Assembly (NCBI GenBank): GCA_013265495.1
Contig: MU058844.1
Location: forward strand, 8,925,490-8,946,176
Direction of reading: 5' to 3'
Length of the DNA: 20,687 bases
Origin: Vicugna vicugna
Taxonomy: Eukaryota
In this document: piece after piece, positions 20,321 to 20,687 of the stretch
How the letters are laid out: each line of letters begins with the position of its first letter
Position numbering within the stretch: the stretch's first letter is position 1
Position numbers and translations under genes: made by a program
Notes under the pieces: generated by a model
What the model was told of the DNA's origin: nothing
Seen by the model: the letters and a program-made list of their open reading frames with translations, nothing else
Databases searched by the model: none

Positions 20321-20687
20321 CCGATCACTAGAAAGGAAATAGAAATAGCAATTAAAAACCTCCCTACAAATAAAAGTCCAGGACCGGACGGCTTCACCGG
20401 GGAATTCTACCAAACATACAAAGAAGAACTCATACCAGTCCTTCTCAAACTCTTCCAGACGATTGAAAAGGAGGGAATACTCCCAAACTCATTCTATGAA
20501 GCCACCATCACCCTGATACCAAAACCAGGCAAAGATACTACAAAAAAAGAGAATTATAGGCCAATATCACTGATGAACATAGACGCCAAAATCCTCACCA
20601 AAATTTTAGCAAATAGAATCCAACAACACATAAAAAAGATTATACATCATGACCAAGTGGGGTTCATCCCAGGGACACAAGGCTGGT
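20321..20687 (+). mobile_element. Very young 5'-truncated L1; ORF2 frame open to the window end
   Basis: 122 uninterrupted codons: [122 protein letters not shown]. Confidence 0.98.

Noticed and set aside
20192..20413. 73-aa minus-strand ORF
   Set aside because: Chimera of L1 antisense sequence and microsatellite.

Overview
AT-rich, CpG-depleted mammalian non-coding DNA (intergenic or intronic). The young LINE-1 3' ends resemble camelid-type L1 as I recall them, and I see no Alu, BovB/Bov-tA, PRE or Can-SINE, so the camelid assignment is a tentative inference. I recognise no host protein-coding gene, RNA gene or prokaryotic system; every ORF in the track with a recognisable product is an L1 ORF2 fragment. 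Roughly half of the window is transposon-derived: L2, MIR, two MLT1 solo LTRs, two ancient L1M relics and four younger L1 insertions. The main points of interest are: (1) two different L1 3' ends in tandem inside one target-site duplication, nested in an ancient L1; (2) a 5'-inverted L1 with a ~2 kb gap and junction microhomology; (3) a very young L1 with an open ORF2 frame at the right edge; (4) a 115-bp chain of overlapping palindromes carrying FOX/SOX/AP-1 motifs; (5) two minus-strand candidate exons that splice into a 64-aa ORF. I cannot support a novel biological system; items 4 and 5 are the only unexplained candidates and both could be chance. Boundaries of old repeats are by-eye estimates.
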